The position numbers and the translations under genes are program-made. The notes below the pieces were generated by a model that saw nothing but the letters and a program-made list of their open reading frames with translations, was not told the origin of the DNA and did not search any database. Source: Wallemia ichthyophaga EXF-994 (lineage: Eukaryota > Fungi > Basidiomycota). Taken from it: a stretch of DNA of 124,000 bases. Location of the stretch: positions 144,001-268,000 of the forward strand of contig NW_008806284.1 in NCBI RefSeq assembly GCF_000400465.1, in the 5' to 3' direction. Of this stretch, positions 89,125 through 102,504 are shown in pieces. How positions within the stretch are numbered: position 1 is the first letter of the stretch; the number at the start of each line of letters is the position of its first letter.

Positions 89125-91664
89125 CTAAATCTCACTCAGACTAGCTTTGATTGCCTCTTCTAGCTGCGCCTCGAAATTCTGATCCACGTTTTCGGCTACC
89201 TGTGAGTAGCTCGGAGGTTCGGGATTCTCTTCCTCTATCGCCTCTTCTTGAGGTGCGACTGGCGCATACTCACTCCTCTTGCCCTCCTTCTTGGTCAGGT
89301 TGTTCGTATCACTATCGCCTTCTAGATTTATAGCATCTTCAATGTGCTGCTTTGAGGATCCTTCGATTGGCTCATAGGGAAAGTCACCCTCATACTGCTT
89401 TTCGAGATCCTCGCTTTTCTTTATTTCATCCAATATCGCTTCCATTTCGCTTTCTTCTCGCATCTTCTTTTGATTCTCTTCCTCTTCTTGGCTGATCATC
89501 ATAATGTCTGTCGCGGGATTAGTGCGATGGAACGTAATGTGAGTAACTCACACTCTAAGGTCTCCGATTCATCTAGTCCTAAATTCTCCAAGCGGCCAAG
89601 AGTCTTCATCATATTCTGCTTTCTATCCGCTTCACTCTCGGAAACATCGTCGGTTTCGTCTTGCATCACAAGTGACTCTCTTATCTCATCCCGCACATCT
89701 GACGAGTCTGTCAATGGTTAGTCTTTTGGTGATACTCGAGAAGCAACAGCTACAGTCACGGCAATACTCACACTGATTCTTCTGCGCAACTCCCTTATTC
89801 GAGCCTCTCCATCCTTTACCTCTAGTTTTAAAATCTTTTATACCCCCAGCTTTCCATGCAATTACTTTGTTGCCGATAGCAGCGACGACAGCAAATTCAT
89901 CCGCTACTATTCCGCTGACAGCAAACGCGTTCTCGTCTTCCGTCGATGCCTCATTTGTGGCCAGATACCGAGAGAGATGACGAGTCGATGATGTTTGATT
90001 GAATGATCTTATGGCATCACCGGTGAGTGGATCGTGCGCAATGAGCACTCCATCTGCAGCACCAGTCAGTAGAAGTAGAGGCGTGAGAGAGATGGTGGTT
90101 ATCTTTGAGTGGTGTCCGCCAAATATTCTCAACGGCTCTATCACCTGATCCGACCTCGCATCCCAATCCCATACACACGTCCTTCCGCTAGAGTCACCAG
90201 CTACGACTGCCCTTCTATGTTTTAATATCTGATCTTTTGTGTTAAATGAGGAGCCAATGTTGAGTGCATCAGAGAAATTGTTGGTGGAAGACGCACTTCT
90301 ACTCAATATCGGAGTTGAAAGTGGCGAGCACTTGCTGAGATCGTTGTTCAAATAGAAAGATGTGAGTTCGGATATTGGACCAAGCCCAAAGATTCTCTTC
90401 TTTTTAGTCTCAATGTCATGCCTCTCGAAGAAGGTCTCTGGCTTGCGATATATCAGAACGCTCACGTCGTTAGGACCTTGAGTGTCTAGTAGAAGTTTTG
90501 AGATTGGTAAGTATTTAGTGAAGCTTCCAAGAGAAGTATAAGCTACACGGTGTTCTTCTATTGTGTCTCTGGGGTTTTCTTCACTGATACATGCCTCAAT
90601 TGGCATATTACTCCATACTCTGACTGTTCCACTCTCATATCCAGCAGCGATAGAACAACTCGTGCTATCGTAAGCTACTTGTGTTACTGAATCTACGTGC
90701 GCCAACTCCTCTCCTTTGGAGTTGAGTAGCTTTTTGACGTCTGAGCTCCATATACAACGCAGCTCAGGCTCATTCGACCACAACTTAACGACGCCATCCA
90801 TGCTGCCGCTGACGAAAGAGGGCGCAGCCCAAGCGCTCTTTGAGAGAGTCGTTGATGGATGAGAAAGACAAGTGACAGGTCCATAGTGAAAATCACGGCT
90901 AATGTTTTGATGTGTTGCTAATCCGCTGCCTCGCACACCCCACGCAGATGCAGCTCCAGAGCCGTGCTGCAAAGCACTTTTAGCGATCTGGGTGAAACCG
91001 ACAAAACCAGAAGCAAAGCCCCAAATGACTCTGCCATCACTGGACAGCTCTACAGTAGAGGCATCGTTGGGGGCCATTCCTGGTGCAAGAATGTAGCCTT
91101 TGGCTAGCTTACCACTGAAAGGCTCCGATCTACTCAAGCAGGCGTGCATGAGGGATACGGAGATGAGTCTTCGCGGGGTGAGTTCCGGGTTTGTAATGGT
91201 GGACAAATCGAGAGATATCTGGTGTATAGTAGCGACTCTGGGGTTGTGAGTGATAAGCGGGGCCTTCGATTTCTTCCAGCGACGGATGTAGATGGACCGC
91301 CTAACGAATTCCTCTTTCCATGAGCTGAATCTGCCCGAGATTCTCGAAGCGATGATAGAAGTGAACTTTGAGTTCTCCTCTGAAGGTTGTATGCCTAGAA
91401 AAGAGAAGGCAAAGGCACGGCGCCAAGCAGCGTCATCGGTAGCAGTGTGATGGAGGGACTTGTTCGTAAGAGAAACAGCGATAAGGGAGCCAGGATCGAG
91501 ATAGGTGAGGATATGGAGGACAAGATCGTGTGGGAGATGGAACAGGAGAGAAGGGAGATGTGTGTCGTCGTCCTCGTCGTCGGTGGCTGATTGGGGGATT
91601 AAGTCATAGCCAGACAGAGCCAGCCGAACTCACAATTAGAATGAGAATAGAGGTTATTTGACAT
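89125..91664 (-). CDS. F-box/WD40 protein with C-terminal UIMs (Pof10-like), multi-exon
   Basis: F-box LFHLPHDLVLHILTYLD; WD repeats VSGSMDGVVKLW, AGDSSG..CVWDW; UIM QLEEAIKASL. Confidence 0.8.
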
Positions 91665-91740
91665 TTAAATCAAATTAAATAATTATTTAAATTAAATCAA
91701 GATGATCGTTATCAACTAACACCCAAGTCGTCGGTGTGAG

Positions 91741-94700
91741 ATGGCAGCCCCTGCGCTCCAAAACTACCAGATTGGCGATTGCTTGGGGAAGGGGGCATTT
91801 GGCAGCGTCTACAGGGCTCTCAATTGGACCACTGGAGAAACGGTGGCTGTCAAGCAGATCCAGCTGAGTGACATTCCCCATTCCCAGTTGGGCGAGATTA
91901 TGGTGGGTATATAACGATTTCTTGGGTCAAGCTAACTCGGTAATAGTCGGAGATAGATCTCCTCAAGAATCTCCATGTGAGTTGTTGTCTACTGCGTACA
92001 CCACCACTCATCTCCCAAGCATCCACGCATAGTGCGCTATGGCGGTTTCGTAAAGACGAAAGATGCTCTGTTTGTTATCCTTGAGTGGGTTTTGTTGGTT
92101 TTGTTGGTTTTGGTGATGCAATCATCTAATCTGCTCCAGGTACTGCGAGAACGGTTCCCTGGCTTCGATCTGCAAGCGTTTCGGTAAATTCCCCGAGGCG
92201 CTGGTGGCCGTTTACATATCACAAGTCCTCGAAGGTCTCCAATACCTCCACGATCAGGGTGTATGTCATCGTGATATCAAGGCTGCCAATATCCTCGCAA
92301 TCAAGGACGGTAAAGTCAAACTCGCGGATTTCGGTGTAGCTACACAAGCACACCTAGCAGATAACTCTGTAGTTGGTAGCCCCTTCTGGATGGCTCCGGA
92401 GGTCATTGAACAGTCCGGAGCGAGCACTGCATCCGATATTTGGAGCGTAGGCTGTGTCGTGATTGAGCTGCTAGAGGGGCGCCCACCATACTCACATCTT
92501 CCTCAAATGAGCGCACTCTGGGCTATCGTTCAACACGACCAAATGCCAATCCCAGAGGGTTCCTCACCCGTTGTCAAAGATTTCCTCCTCCATTGTTTTC
92601 AAAAAGATCCTAATTTGCGTGTCTCAGCTAAGAAACTACTCAAGCATCCTTGGATCCGCCAAATTAACTCGCCAGACAAAAGTAATACCAAGTTTACCCA
92701 ACTTTATAGAAGAAATACCCCAACTGAGGACCACGAAACTTACGACAACGCCGTACAGAAGGTGCAAGAGTGGAATGAGGCTTTAAAATCCCCGCCTAAA
92801 AGCTCAAAGACTAAGTCGCTCTTCCCTGCTCGTGATAGCAAGTCTACTTTCTCTCCGCTACGAAGATCGTCTCTTAACAATGATAGTCCCAACCCCGCTA
92901 CGGTATCAAATCAACCGCCTGCGAAACCATTCACGGTTAGGAATGACAATAGAGAGAATGTCCTCAGTAAAACGCAGGAGGATGAGGAAGACAATTGGGA
93001 TGCAGACTTTGCTGGCACAATCTCCTTTTCGAAAGCACAGGATGCAATTTCAGGTGACACTGGCAAATCAGACGATAATACCCAAACTATAAAACCAAAC
93101 TCGAGGAAAGCCAGCGAGGATCACAGCATAACGTCACGTATACCTAATAAGATAATTGAAGATTACTCTGACCTCGGCGGAGATGAAGATGACATTGTAC
93201 TCAGCGAGAAGATATCAAGTTTGAGGTTGAAGGGTGGCCTCTTCCATCCAAAGGACCTAGGCAGGCTGAGAGAAGAGCCATCACCACCATTGCAATCGTC
93301 GTTTAACATACCACAGAAGAAGCCATCTCTACCAAAACGCCCCTCTCCTCCAACATCGCTGCGTTCTCACAGCAGATCACGCTCAAGTATATCCTCCTTG
93401 CCAGCGCCATCGACAGAGCAAACAAGGAAAACGAGCGATCTGGCAAAGTATTCTGAAGTTGACGACGAAGACTTTGACGATGTTTTTGGTAAAGCGCCGC
93501 CATCAGTGTCAGGTGAAAGTGGGCAAACGCTACAACTGACGACCAAGTTGTCTAATAAATCGTGGCTCGGTGACGACGTAGCCGATGATGAGGATCCATT
93601 TGCACAAATTGAGGATGACTTTGCCGAGAACGATATTGAGTCAAACTTGGTCAGAGATAGACATGCAAGGTTATGTGCTATGGTCGCTGAATTAGTCGAT
93701 CAATTAGAGGCTGGTAAGTCTGAAGAGAAGCTGAATGAAATGCTTGACGAGTTGTTGCACATACTCGAAGAGTTCCCGGATATGTATATGCAATTTGTTG
93801 CAGCCAGGGGCATGCTTTCATCACTCGAGGTTCTAGAAAGTAAACCCAGCAAAGATGTAATTTACAAGCTGCTGAGGATAATAAATCTCATTGTCTCGGT
93901 CGATCCTGGTCTTGTTGAGTCATTCTGCCTCGTCGGGGGTATAGCGGTGGTGATGACTTATGCGAGCAAACGTTATTCGCATGAACTTCGGCTGGAGGCT
94001 GCGTCGTTTGTAGGCCATGTTACCCACACGAGCGTCTTGACGCTGCAGATGTTTATAGCGTGTCGAGGGTTTAGAGTCCTTGTCGATCTGCTGGATGAGG
94101 AAGCGCAGGAGCTGGTATACGAGGCAGTCTCAGCAATCTCTAGTGTATTCGAATCACATTCCCTTACTACAAAAACGGACTTTTGTAGGATATTTGCTAA
94201 GGAAGGTCTTCTAGAGCCACTTTCTAGTGCTCTTACTACGGCACTTAGGGAGACATCTGATGAAGGTGCGCAAGTGAGGGACATCTCAAGCAAGATCTAC
94301 TTGCTGTTTGCGCAAGTGGGACAGAACGACAACGTGGTCTTGAATGCGTTGGGCACACGCAGCATTCTAAGACGCCTTCTAAAGGCGTGTGAGAGTTTAT
94401 GTGACAAGGACAAGATGTCATCCCTGCTGATCACGCTGTTAAAGACGTTCAAGCATATATCGACATCGGCGGGAATGTTGGATGTGCTGCAAAACAGCAA
94501 CGCAATTGAAGTATTTGTCAGAGTGCTCGACAAGCGTAAGGAGGGAGAGCGGAGTAGTGAAATTTCGTCGCAAGTGCTGCAGATATTCTACTCACTTACA
94601 CGACTTTCACCAAGCAGACAAGAAGAGGCGGCACAGGCGGGATTGATACCACTGTTGAAGAGAGTTTTTGAAGTTTCATCGCCGCTGAAGCAATTTGCAT

Positions 94701-95385
94701 TGCCAATACTATGTGACTTTGCGCATGCTGGGAAGAGCTGCCGAGCGCTGCTTTGGAAACACAACTGCTTGGATCTCTACATTCTACTATTGCAAGATGC
94801 ATACTTCCAAGTTTCGGCGTTGGAGGCAATACTCATCTGGCTGCAGAATGAGACTGATAGAGTGGAGGGTCAGTTGCTTCAGCCAAGACCACTGGAAAGT
94901 CTGTTGACTATGTTCGTACAAGCCAAGGCCAACTCGTTCGAAGCAAGTCTGGAACCGATACTGAAAATGTGCAGGATCAGCAGGGGATTGGTTCTGGGAG
95001 TTGCGAAAGCAAGCTTCTTTAGGAAGCTCATTGATAAGCTCTCGCACACGAAAGCGCTCGTCCGGCTAAACTTGCTCCGTATACTGAGGCTGGTGCTGGA
95101 GGTGCATCCCAACTGTAAGAGTATTGTAGAGGAATATAGATTGATAGAGGTAGGTGACGTAAATCTCGGTTACATTAACTCACAAAATTGCAGGTGATAA
95201 GCGAGCTTGGAGTGAAGGATAGTGCGATACTGGTTAGGGAGTTGAGTAAGGAAATATCGAATGAATTGAAGGCTGGAAAATACACAAGCCTGGCAAGGGA
95301 GCGAAGATCGACATCGGACAACGGCGTTCTGGGAGCGAGCCGCGCGTACAGGCCGCACAGGAGGATACCGTCACGAGGATTTTGA
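91741..95385 (+). CDS. sepH: Septation/mitotic exit kinase Cdc7/Cdc15/SepH (STE kinase + ARM repeats), multi-exon
   Basis: YQIGDCLGKGAFGSVYRALN..TGETVAVKQ, HRDIKAAN, VVGSPFWMAPE, CFQKDPNLRVSAKKLL. Confidence 0.93.
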
Positions 95386-96368
95386 GACATAGATGCATGA
95401 GCGGAGATACTAAAATTAATTGTGCGTTTAGGTGTGCATTTTGTGTGCAATTAGAGGTTAATGTGTGAATATAAAGAAAAATCTAATAATAAATTTGCAT
95501 TTCGTGCGTAGAAGGACAGAAGCCGAGATAAGGGCTAAGCTAAGACAAGGGGAAGGAGTGAAAGAATAGAGCTTGACAGACCAATAAACTACAGACACAG
95601 AAAGTAGGTAGACTAATAGCAATTTAACTATTATCAATAATTTGCGGGGTCTCGGCAACAAAATCGCTTACAAGTGAGGGGCAACAAGTGAGATACCGCA
95701 TTTGAAAGGAATAGCGGGTGAGTGTAAAAAGGGTGAAAGGAATTCAAGTGTTTAGCCCGCTAGAAGGCGGACTGTGCACGATGTAACACGTCGCATGATC
95801 CCCGCTGGTCGATCACACTGTACCAATTGCGGGGATGAGCCGCAAAAAGAAGTGACGATAGAGGATGGCGACAAGAATGTCAAGTAGAATCAGTGTGACA
95901 AGTGCTGCGCAAGGAATGTTGGGCGTAGATGAGATTTGTAGTGTGCCTGGCAAAAACTTCAGGGGCTTCTTGAGACCGGCAGAAGATCCGAGAGCGCCTA
96001 GAAATGAGGAGGAGGCGGGAGCAATTAAGTAAAGTAGTGGGATGGAAAACTAGAATGACACTGCAACTATTTTTAAGCACTTAAAAGTGATTACGTGCGT
96101 AAAGTCACCAATACGTCAGCCAATCAGGGGCCACGAAAAAGGGAGACAGAAGAAGAGCAATAGGCAATGTATATGAAAACAGACGCGTAAAATATTATTA
96201 AAATTAACATAATAAATCCGGTAAATTTTGATTTTTTTTTAAATCCCCAACAATTAAATTGCGGCGAGGAGAAATCTTTTTCTTCAACTTCCACATTGAA
96301 ATAAAAAGTCCAGCCACCCTTTCACTTTAAACACATTTAAAAGCTCAAGCAGGGCAATTAAAATAAAG

Positions 96369-99300
96369 ATGTCTACCCATGATGAAAAACCAGTAAGAGA
96401 GGGTGAAATTCCTTCAAAGGAGCAAGTGCCTCAAGAGGATGATGAATCACCTGGAGCTGAGTACTCGGCTTTGGTCAACTACATTCAAAATGTTGAACTT
96501 AGAAAGGGTGATGACGAAGCCCAAGAGGAAGACGACGTTACTTACAAACGCGTAAGTTTTTTAGGTTTCACCTAAATGGTATTTTTAACACGCGTTTAGA
96601 AATGGTATGCGCCTTGGAAAAAAGTTGAAATTAGACAACAAGGCGCAACTGTTCCTCCCGATTGGCTTACTGCCACTCACGCTTCAGGTGGTTTAAAGTC
96701 ATCCGACGTTGAACCACGCCGTAAGCGCTTTGGTTTCAACGAATTAGAATCTCCAGAAGAGAATCACTTCCTCAAATTCCTTGGTTTCTTCAGAGGCCCT
96801 GTTCTCTACGTTATGGAAGGTGCCGTCGCTCTTGCGGGTGGTCTTCGTGAATGGGTCGATTTCGGTGTCATTATTGGTATTCTTCTCCTCAACGCTTTCG
96901 TCGGTTTCTATCAAGAAAAACAAGCTGGTGATATTGTGGCCCAACTTAAAGCTGGTATCGCTCTGCGTACTACCGTTGTCCGCGACGGTCAAGAGACTGA
97001 AGTCGAAGCACGCGAACTTGTTGTTGGTGATATCGTCGTTATTGAAGAAGGTGCGACAATTCCAGGTGATTGTGAACTTCTTGCGGACTACAAGGATAAG
97101 GATGGCTCAAAAGCTGCCGACATCCTTCAAAAAGTCAAGGAAGACGCAAAGAGAGAAAAAACTGACGACGACGAAGAAAAGTTCGGCAAAGGTCCATCAA
97201 TTTTGGCCGCTGATCAATCCGCTATTACTGGTGAATCCTTAGCTGTTGACAAGTATGTTGGTGACATTGCTTTCTACACCACCATCTGTAAGCGTGGTAA
97301 GGTTTATGCACGTGTCAAGATGAGTGCACCAATCTCTTTCGTCGGTAAAACTGCTGCCCTTGTTTTAGGCTCGAACGACAAGGGTCACTTCGTTAAGGTC
97401 ATGAACATTATCGGTGGTACTCTCTTGGTTCTTGTCATTGTCTTCTTGTTCGCTGTCTGGATTGGTGGTTTCTTCCGTAACGTAGAGATCGCCCAACCAA
97501 GAGACAATAACTTACTTGTCTACACTCTTATCTTCGCTGTCATTGGTGTCCCAGTTGGTCTTCCAGTTGTTACCACCACTACTCTCGCCGTCGGAGCTGC
97601 TTATCTGGCTAAGCAACAGGCCATCGTTCAACAACTCACCTCCATCGAGTCTCTCGCCGGTTGTGATATTCTCTGTTCCGATAAGACTGGTACCCTTACA
97701 GCCAACAAACTTTCTATTCACGAACCATACACGGCTGAAGGTGTCGACATGGACTGGATGATGTGTGTTGCTGCTCTTGCCTCATCGCACAACGTCAAGT
97801 CTTTGGACCCTATCGACAAGATCACCATTTCTACCCTTAAGGAATACCCTCGCGCCACCGAAATGCTTAAGACTGGATGGATCACCAAGGACTTTAGACC
97901 TTTCGACCCAGTGTCCAAGCGTATTACTTCAATTGTTGAGCGCGACGGTGTTACCTACACTTGTGCCAAGGGTGCTCCAAACTCTATTCTCAAGATGTGC
98001 AACTGTCCACCACAAATTGCTCAAGCATTCCGTGACCAAACTATGGAGTTTGCTTCTAGAGGTTTCCGTTCCCTTGGTGTTTCAGTTCAAGAAAACAACG
98101 GTGATTGGCAAGTTCTTGGTTTACTTCCTATGTTCGATCCTCCACGTCACGATACTGCTGCCACTGTTGGTGAAGCGATTAAGCTCGGTGTTGGTGTGAA
98201 AATGTTGACTGGTGATGCCGTTGCTATCGCTAAGGAGACTTGTAAAATGCTCGGTATGGGCACTAAGGTGAGAAGTTTCTCTTCTTTTCAGTCCTTTCTA
98301 ACTTTTCGTAGGTTTATGACTCTCACAGACTTATTGGTGGTGGTTCTATGGCAGGTTCTGAAATGCACGACTTCATTGAATCCGCCGATGGATTTGGTGA
98401 AGTTTTCCCAGAACACAAGTACCAAATTGTTGAGATGCTTCAACATCGTGGTCACTTGACGGCCATGACTGGTGATGGTGTTAACGATGCCCCAGCCCTT
98501 AAAAAGGCCGATTGTGGTATTGCAGTCGAAGGTGCTTCAGACGCTGCTCGTTCAGCTGCTGCCGTTGTTTTCCTTGACGAAGGTCTTTCAACCATTATTA
98601 CTGCAATTAAGGTCGCTCGTGAAATTTTCCACCGTATGAAGGCTTACATTGTTTATCGTATCGCTCTCTGTCTTCATTTGGAAATCTACCTTACACTCTC
98701 TATCCTCATTATGAACGAAACTATTCGTGCAGACTTGATTGTCTGGATTGCATTGTTCGCTGATTTAGCCACAGTCGCTGTTGCATACGATAATGCCCCA
98801 TACGCACTTACTCCAGTTTCGTGGCAATTACCAAAGATATGGATCATGTCAACTGTTCTTGGTGCAATTCTCGCAGGTGGTACTTGGATTCTTAGAGGTA
98901 CGCTTTTCCTCAACAGCGGTGGTGTTATCCAAAATTGGGGTGGTATCGAGCACATTCTCTTCTTGGAGGTTTGTCTCACTGAGAACTGGTTGATTTTCTT
99001 AACCAGAACCGGTGCTGGTGAATTCAAGTGGCCATCATGGCAATTGGTTGGTGCTATTGGTGGTGTAGATATCCTTGCAACTCTCTTCACCCTGTTCGGT
99101 TGGTTCCACGCTGAAGATGACATGCACAACGGTCACACCGACATTGTCACTGTTGTTAAGGTTTGGTGTTTCTCTATCGCTGTTATGGTTATCTGTACCC
99201 TTGCGTACGTTATCATGAACAACTGGAAGTGGTTGGACAACCTCGGAAAGAGACAAGTTGGAAAGGTAGACAGACGCGTTGAGGACTTCATGAACGAGTT

Positions 99301-99388
99301 GCAACGTATCACTATCGTACATGAAAGATCTGATAGAGATGTCTACAGACTCTACGGTAGATCTCAAGGTCTTGATTCCGACAGTTAA
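96369..99388 (+). CDS. PMA1: Plasma-membrane H+-ATPase (introns at ~96553-96598 and ~98268-98311)
   Basis: DQSAITGESLAV, VPVGLPVVTTTTLAVGAA, CSDKTGTLT, DPPRHDT, MTGDGVNDAP. Confidence 0.98.
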
Positions 99389-99618
99389 ATGAGTTAATTA
99401 AATAGTGGTAAATTTTTAATTACTGGATTAATTACAGCAAATTCTAAACAATTCATTTTCAAGATTCTGACCTTATAGAAACATTTCTAGTTTTTTTTAA
99501 TTCTAATACTAACTTCAATCATTCATTAATTTGCTCTTTTGTGGCTACACCAAACTAGAAAATCTTTTTGTTAAATATAAATACATATTTGTTGTTTAAG
99601 TCAAGCAGTTCTTCGATT

Positions 99619-100249
99619 TCATAAGTTTTGTTGCATCTTTTTAATTGACTTTTCAAGTGACCGTAGTCGTGCGTCGTCTTGTTCGAGTAATGACGTCATC
99701 TTGTTCATGTGCTTCTTGAATGCCTCATTTTGATCTTCAAGCGTACTGTTATGTCCTTTGAGCTCTGTTACTTTCTTCTGTAGTCCACGTATCTTCTCGT
99801 TGTGCATCAGTATTAGCCCTTTCAGCTTTGCCATCTCTGAAACTGTTTTATCTTCTACATACGGCTCCGAATCACTCTGGCTATTTGGGTAAACAGAGAC
99901 GTTGCCAGAGCTCAAGTCAAGTGTGAATGTATTTCTAATGTGCTCCAATTCGTACGGCACGTCTTTGTACATCCTCCCCGCTAATGACTTGCAGCGATTA
100001 CATCTTAGCCAAACATACACTGCGCCGTAATCTTCAGATTTCTTACTCTGAAATCTATCTGCGGTGATCTCCAGATTATCGGTCACAGCTAATGATATCA
100101 ATATTTCGTTTCGTAGAGCTACGCGACGTACAACTCAGAGTAACACAGCTAAAAGCAATAGGCTGGCCAAATGGTGCAACGCCATCACCGAGAACCAATG
100201 CGCAGTGTATACATTGGAATAATTTTGTCCTGCCTTCGCTCTCGGCCAT
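99619..100249 (-). CDS. MIS18: Mis18 (Yippee-like) CENP-A deposition factor
   Basis: LFQCIHCALVLGD...LRCNRC...GRMY...L...R..FTL, plus a C-terminal coiled coil. Confidence 0.72.
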
Positions 100250-100264
100250 CGTTGCACCCGTTCT

Positions 100265-102504
100265 ATGATGATGGTTCAAGATAAGGGCGAGACGCCTATG
100301 AAAATTGAGCAGATGGCTTCGCTCGCGCTGAGTATATTGACTCTGCTCATCATCTGCTCTCTCTGCTTGTCGTACTTCCTCCAGCAGAAGAAAATTAGGT
100401 CCGTACACGAGACTGTGATAGCGGTGTTTGCAGGTGATTATAGGTGCTTTGAGGTGGTATACGGTCTCTAAAAGTTTCCAGGTATGGTCGTCGGTCTGAT
100501 TATCAGGCTTAGTCCTGGTCATATCATTCGCGAAATGGTGGTCAGTTCATCCACTTCTTCAAGCATACGCTTACTCACACAATGAAAGACCTTCTCGCCG
100601 TCTCTCTTCTTTAACCTTCTTTTACCTCCAAGTTCGTTTCACTACGACACTCCTCCGACCCTAACACGCTTCTCGCACAGTTATACTCGATTCCGGCTAT
100701 AGACTACGTGAAGCGCATTTCTTCAGAAACATTATACCAATCCTCACTTTCGCATTGGCTGGCACTTTCATTTCGGCTGTCGTTATCGGGTAGGTTGCTT
100801 CAATCTATCAAGTCTTGAGCCACGCTCATTTATCCCAATAGTTTCGTCGTCTACGTCTTCTCTTTTTTACACATTTCCAGTCTCCAGATTAGTTTGGTGG
100901 AGTGTCTCATTCTCGGCTCAACGCTCTCAGCTACCGATCCAGTCACCATTTTGGCAATTTTTAACACTTTCAAGGTAGATCCAAAGCTCTACTCTGTTAT
101001 ATTCGGTGAAAGTATCCTCAACGATGCCGTCTCTATCGTCCTTTATGAAACTCTAAGCCAATTCCATGGCGCTGACTTGAAAATGTCTTCCTTCTTCAGA
101101 GGCGCTGGTATTTTCTTCCTTTCGTTCAGTGGTTCTATGGCTCTCGGTGTGACCTTTGCCTTGGCTTGTAGTCTGGGTTTAAAACACTCCAAAGTCGGCT
101201 CCTTCCCCGGTATTGAAAGCTGTTTGGTGTCACTTATCGCCTACACTTCCTACTTTTTTTCGAACGGTATTGGCATGAGTGGTTTGTCAGCCTTTCACAG
101301 CTTTATAATCCCATTCTCATTTCACTCCAGGTATCGTGTCTCTCATTTTCTGCGGTATCACTCTGAAGCACTATGCTTACCACAATATGAGTACGAAGAC
101401 ACAACGAACTACCAAATCCATGTTTCATGTCCTTGCGCAACTCTCCGAAAACTTCATTTTTGTGGGTTTAACGGTTACTTGAGACAATTTCAACTCAATC
101501 TTTCTAGATCTACCTCGGTATCACTCTTTTCACGCAAGATGCTACGGAATTCAAGCCTATATTCATCGTTGTTGCTAGTCTGGCTGTCGTCATTGGTAGA
101601 TATATGACAGTATTTCCACTCTCCAAAGCCATCAATATGGTATACAGGTCAAAAGGACAAAGAGCTCCCGAGCTGCCACATAGCCATCAAGTGAGAGAAT
101701 CGTTTTCTTGCAACTTTAGCGCTGACGTTTATCACCCAGATGATGCTCTTCTGGGCTGGCTTGAGAGGTGCAGTTGGCGTAGCCTTGGCAGCTGGCATCA
101801 CAGGCAAGAACGCAGCAGCGCTGCGCACAACAGTTCTGATCGTCGTCGTATTGACTGTCGTCGTCTTCGGTGGCACGACATCTAGAATGCTGGAGGTGAT
101901 GGGCATCAAGATGGGTGTTGAAGATGATGAGGCGTCAAGCGATGAAGAGGACGACTATCCAACGCCTTCAGGAGTCAGGGGAGGATTGAGCAACTATCAA
102001 TACTTTAATCACCAAACAGAAGCATTGTCTCCGCAATACCAAGACAATGATATAGAAGAGGGAATCAACTTAGTGATTCCGAAGCAGCAGGATGTAAATC
102101 TCAAACAGGCAACTTCCTCAGCATCCCTTCAAAAGTCAAATTCGCCTTCGAAACGTGGAGAATCTACAGATAGGCGATCTAAGAGTTTGAATGCTGGCAG
102201 TTCAAGCAAACAACCAGTGCTCGATCTCGAGGATGATGACAATGAAGTGTTGCCCGTAGCAAACACCTCGAAAATTCCAAACAATCATGACCATGAGGGT
102301 GATATGGATAACAGCAGATTTGTTTTCAAAGACGGAAAGTGGTTCACTGACCTGGACGAAAGATACCTACTGCCACTTTTTAGCAATAGCGTTGCCAGTC
102401 GGCGTCACAATGCACGCAAAACTAACTCCAGACGTAATCTGCAGGAAGCAGAATCCAGTCCGTCTAACAACTCTAATTTAAGTCTCAATGAAGGCGGCTT
102501 ATAA
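100265..102504 (+). CDS. NHX1: Endosomal Na+(K+)/H+ exchanger, multi-exon
   Basis: SATDPVTILAIF, FGESILNDAVSIV, WAGLRGAV, VFGGTT, C-terminal LDE.YL.PLF. Confidence 0.95.

Noticed and set aside
95470-96368. SYGGRG (CreA) and AGGGG (STRE) motifs and a small hairpin in the PMA1 upstream region
   Set aside because: Short motifs are expected by chance; there is no supporting conservation data and no recognisable ncRNA.
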